DNA of 56,224 nucleotides, the filler included, from Platydemus manokwari (taxonomy: Eukaryota), in the NCBI GenBank assembly GCA_037951405.1. It is 5 parts of 5 records of this genome, joined end to end, with 100 filler letters (N's around TTAATTAATTAA, not from the genome) between each part and the next. Parts side by side here need not be neighbours in the genome. Positions count along the whole stretch, not along the records: positions 44,493 to 56,224 come from JBBMOY010496664.1; 4 more parts are not named here. One strand, 5' to 3'. Below are positions 54,282 through 56,224 of this stretch, piece by piece. Made by a program: the position numbers and the translations under genes. The notes under the pieces are model-generated. The model made no database searches. It had not been told where the DNA came from and saw nothing but the letters and a program-made list of their open reading frames with translations. The first letter of the stretch is position 1. Each line of letters starts with the position of its first letter.

Positions 54282-54995
54282 TTTATCAATTCATGGCAGT
54301 GACTCGCAGTTATTAAAAATATAATTTTTCGATTTAAGCCAAATTTATATTACAAAGATTATTCTCCTTACTCCAGTTTCAGTTACTTAAAAAAAATTTA
54401 CATTCCCTAAAATTGAAAATTATTATTACCTCTCAATTATAATAAGAGTATAACAAATTAAAAGAATACCCACATCGATAAACAAGCCAACTGATTCAAT
54501 AACTTATTTGATCTCAAATATTGAACCAATAATTAGAATTTTTAATAATTTAATTATTAATTAGTTAATTTTTATTCACCAATTTTAATTAAAAAATTCT
54601 CATTTGTGTATTGGGCTGAGGTTTACTAATGGGAAGACCAATAATTTCAAAGGATACAACACAAGTAGACCAGTTTCCAATTATTCAGTAATCCGTACAG
54701 TATTAGATTCGAAACCACAATAACCTAATTCAACTTTATTATAACTTTGATAAGCGTTATAATTGGATTTTAGTTCTGCCTTATCATATCCAACAAAAGG
54801 ATAACCAAAGCAGGCCCAAAGAAGAGCTCAGGTTGACCAACTATCCTAGGATAATGAAAGAATTTTTTGATATTTTTTAATAATTTCATTATTAATCAAG
54901 ACTTTAAACCAATAATATTTTAAAGAAAATAAATAAATTATATATTTGTTCTCATTAATCCATATAATGGAGCTGATATTAAAATCAAAAGCGAA

Positions 54996-55796
54996 ATGGC
55001 TCACAATGAAATGTATCCACTAATTGAAGTACTGCAAACATCTACAAAGGGCATTGTTTATATTGCAGAAAATAAATCTCTCGTAAATAAAAGATTCAAA
55101 ACTGTAGTTGTCAAGACGATTAAAAAATCTAAAACACGTCTTTTCATTGATAATAGTCATTATTCATTTCCAATACCGAAAGAAATGTATTTCATAAATA
55201 TTATCAATGATAAAACAATATGTCCAATAATTTTAGATTATTTTCAAACTGATGATGAATTCTCTATTGTGATGGAACATTTAACTGGTAGGTGGGTGAA
55301 TTTATTTGAATACACCGATATAAACAGACAGGAAAGATGTTTAAAGAAGATTACAAACAATGTAATAAAAGCTCTAGACAATTCAATTAATAAAGGAGTT
55401 TATCATCTTGATATTAAACCAGAAAATATCATGTTTCATAAGGTAACATATCAAGTGAAATTACTTGATTTTGAAGATTGTTTATATGATGACATCAATG
55501 AATATCCATCATGTAACAAAATGGTAGGAACTGTTGGATATTGCAGTCCGGAAATATTTCTTGGTGAAAAATACGATGTGAAGAAAAGTATAGTTTTTAT
55601 GATCGGAAGTCTTGTGTATTCATGTATTGAACGTGACTGTCCTTTTAAAAACAAGGACGAATACAACTCATTCGATAAATTGCAATTTACAAGATGTTCT
55701 CCATCTGCTCAAGAACTTATTCGAAAATGTATTGTAAAATCATCAGAACATCGAATCAAGCTTTGTGAAATCAGTGATCAAATGTGGTTGAAATAA
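54996..55796 (+). CDS. Atypical PIM/PASK-like Ser/Thr protein kinase, intronless
   Basis: 266-aa single ORF with VVVK, IPKE, LDYF...IVMEH, NLFEY, YHLDIKPENI, LLDFE, GTVGYCSPE, IGSLVY...PF and AQELIRKC...RI...W; kinase subdomains I-XI are in order. Confidence 0.88.
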   Translation: MAHNEMYPLIEVLQTSTKGIVYIAENKSLVNKRFKTVVVKTIKKSKTRLFIDNSHYSFPIPKEMYFINIINDKTICPIILDYFQTDDEFSIVMEHLTGRWVNLFEYTDINRQERCLKKITNNVIKALDNSINKGVYHLDIKPENIMFHKVTYQVKLLDFEDCLYDDINEYPSCNKMVGTVGYCSPEIFLGEKYDVKKSIVFMIGSLVYSCIERDCPFKNKDEYNSFDKLQFTRCSPSAQELIRKCIVKSSEHRIKLCEISDQMWLK

Positions 55797-56224
55797 ATTT
55801 CGGTAAGTTTAAAGTGATTTGAATCGTTTAAAATGATAAATATAAATTATTATTATATTATCCATATATTTTACAGTAAGATATTTTTAACGAAATTTTC
55901 CAAAGATGAAATTCGTTATGTATTTTATTATATATAAATATACAATATATAAATAAAGAAAGAAAGATTAGAATAAATAAACTTTAAGAATAAGTTATAT
56001 GTGAATATTATAAATAGAAAAAAAGATTAATTTTCAAAATCAAAATAGAAAAAACTAAAGAGAAGATTTTAATAATTTAATTAAATAAATTTTGGTAATC
56101 TCATTTCACGGTTAAAATGTAATAGGCTTAAACAATAATAGTTTTAATAATAGTTTGAAATGATAAAATTAGTTTACGTAATGATAATTATTATTGTTTG
56201 GAATTATATATAGTAGTGATTGAT

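Noticed and set aside
54740-54846. In-frame TGA in WST*ALLW suggesting an alternative genetic code (TGA=Trp) or selenocysteine
   Set aside because: GGACT and Elongin A end in TGA and use TGG for Trp, so the standard code applies; neighbouring blocks also contain TAA stops.
55451-55666. Minus-strand ORF inside the kinase
   Set aside because: Antisense shadow of the kinase CDS.

Overview
AT-rich eukaryotic (invertebrate animal) genomic DNA with spliceosomal GT-AG introns, most of them about 36-60 nt and some 0.4-3 kb and filled with transposon debris. The window is at least five contigs joined by artificial spacers (N44-TTAATTAATTAA-N44), so adjacency across the spacers is not evidence. Five genes can be reconstructed by hand: (1) a 25-exon type IV collagen alpha chain (signal peptide, 7S, Gly-X-Y, NC1), truncated at a gap; (2) a 5'-truncated tektin-3/5-like gene; (3) a compact Elongin A on the minus strand; (4) gamma-glutamylamine cyclotransferase (GGACT) on the minus strand; (5) an intronless, atypical PIM/PASK-like Ser/Thr kinase. 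A probable unknown spliced gene or pseudogene lies divergent from the kinase. Mobile DNA includes pogo and Tc1/mariner deletion derivatives with recognisable TIRs, a Tigger-like MITE, a piggyBac-like terminus, a decayed Polinton/Maverick-type PolB next to a 277-bp tandem repeat that encodes a small membrane peptide, and weak LINE/Gypsy remnants. I cannot demonstrate a new multi-gene system. The most unusual items are the DFE/HLD kinase, the PolB plus peptide-repeat relic, the altered tektin signature and the Lys-rich, Pro-poor collagen IV. All calls come from manual translation and motif recall; no searches were run.
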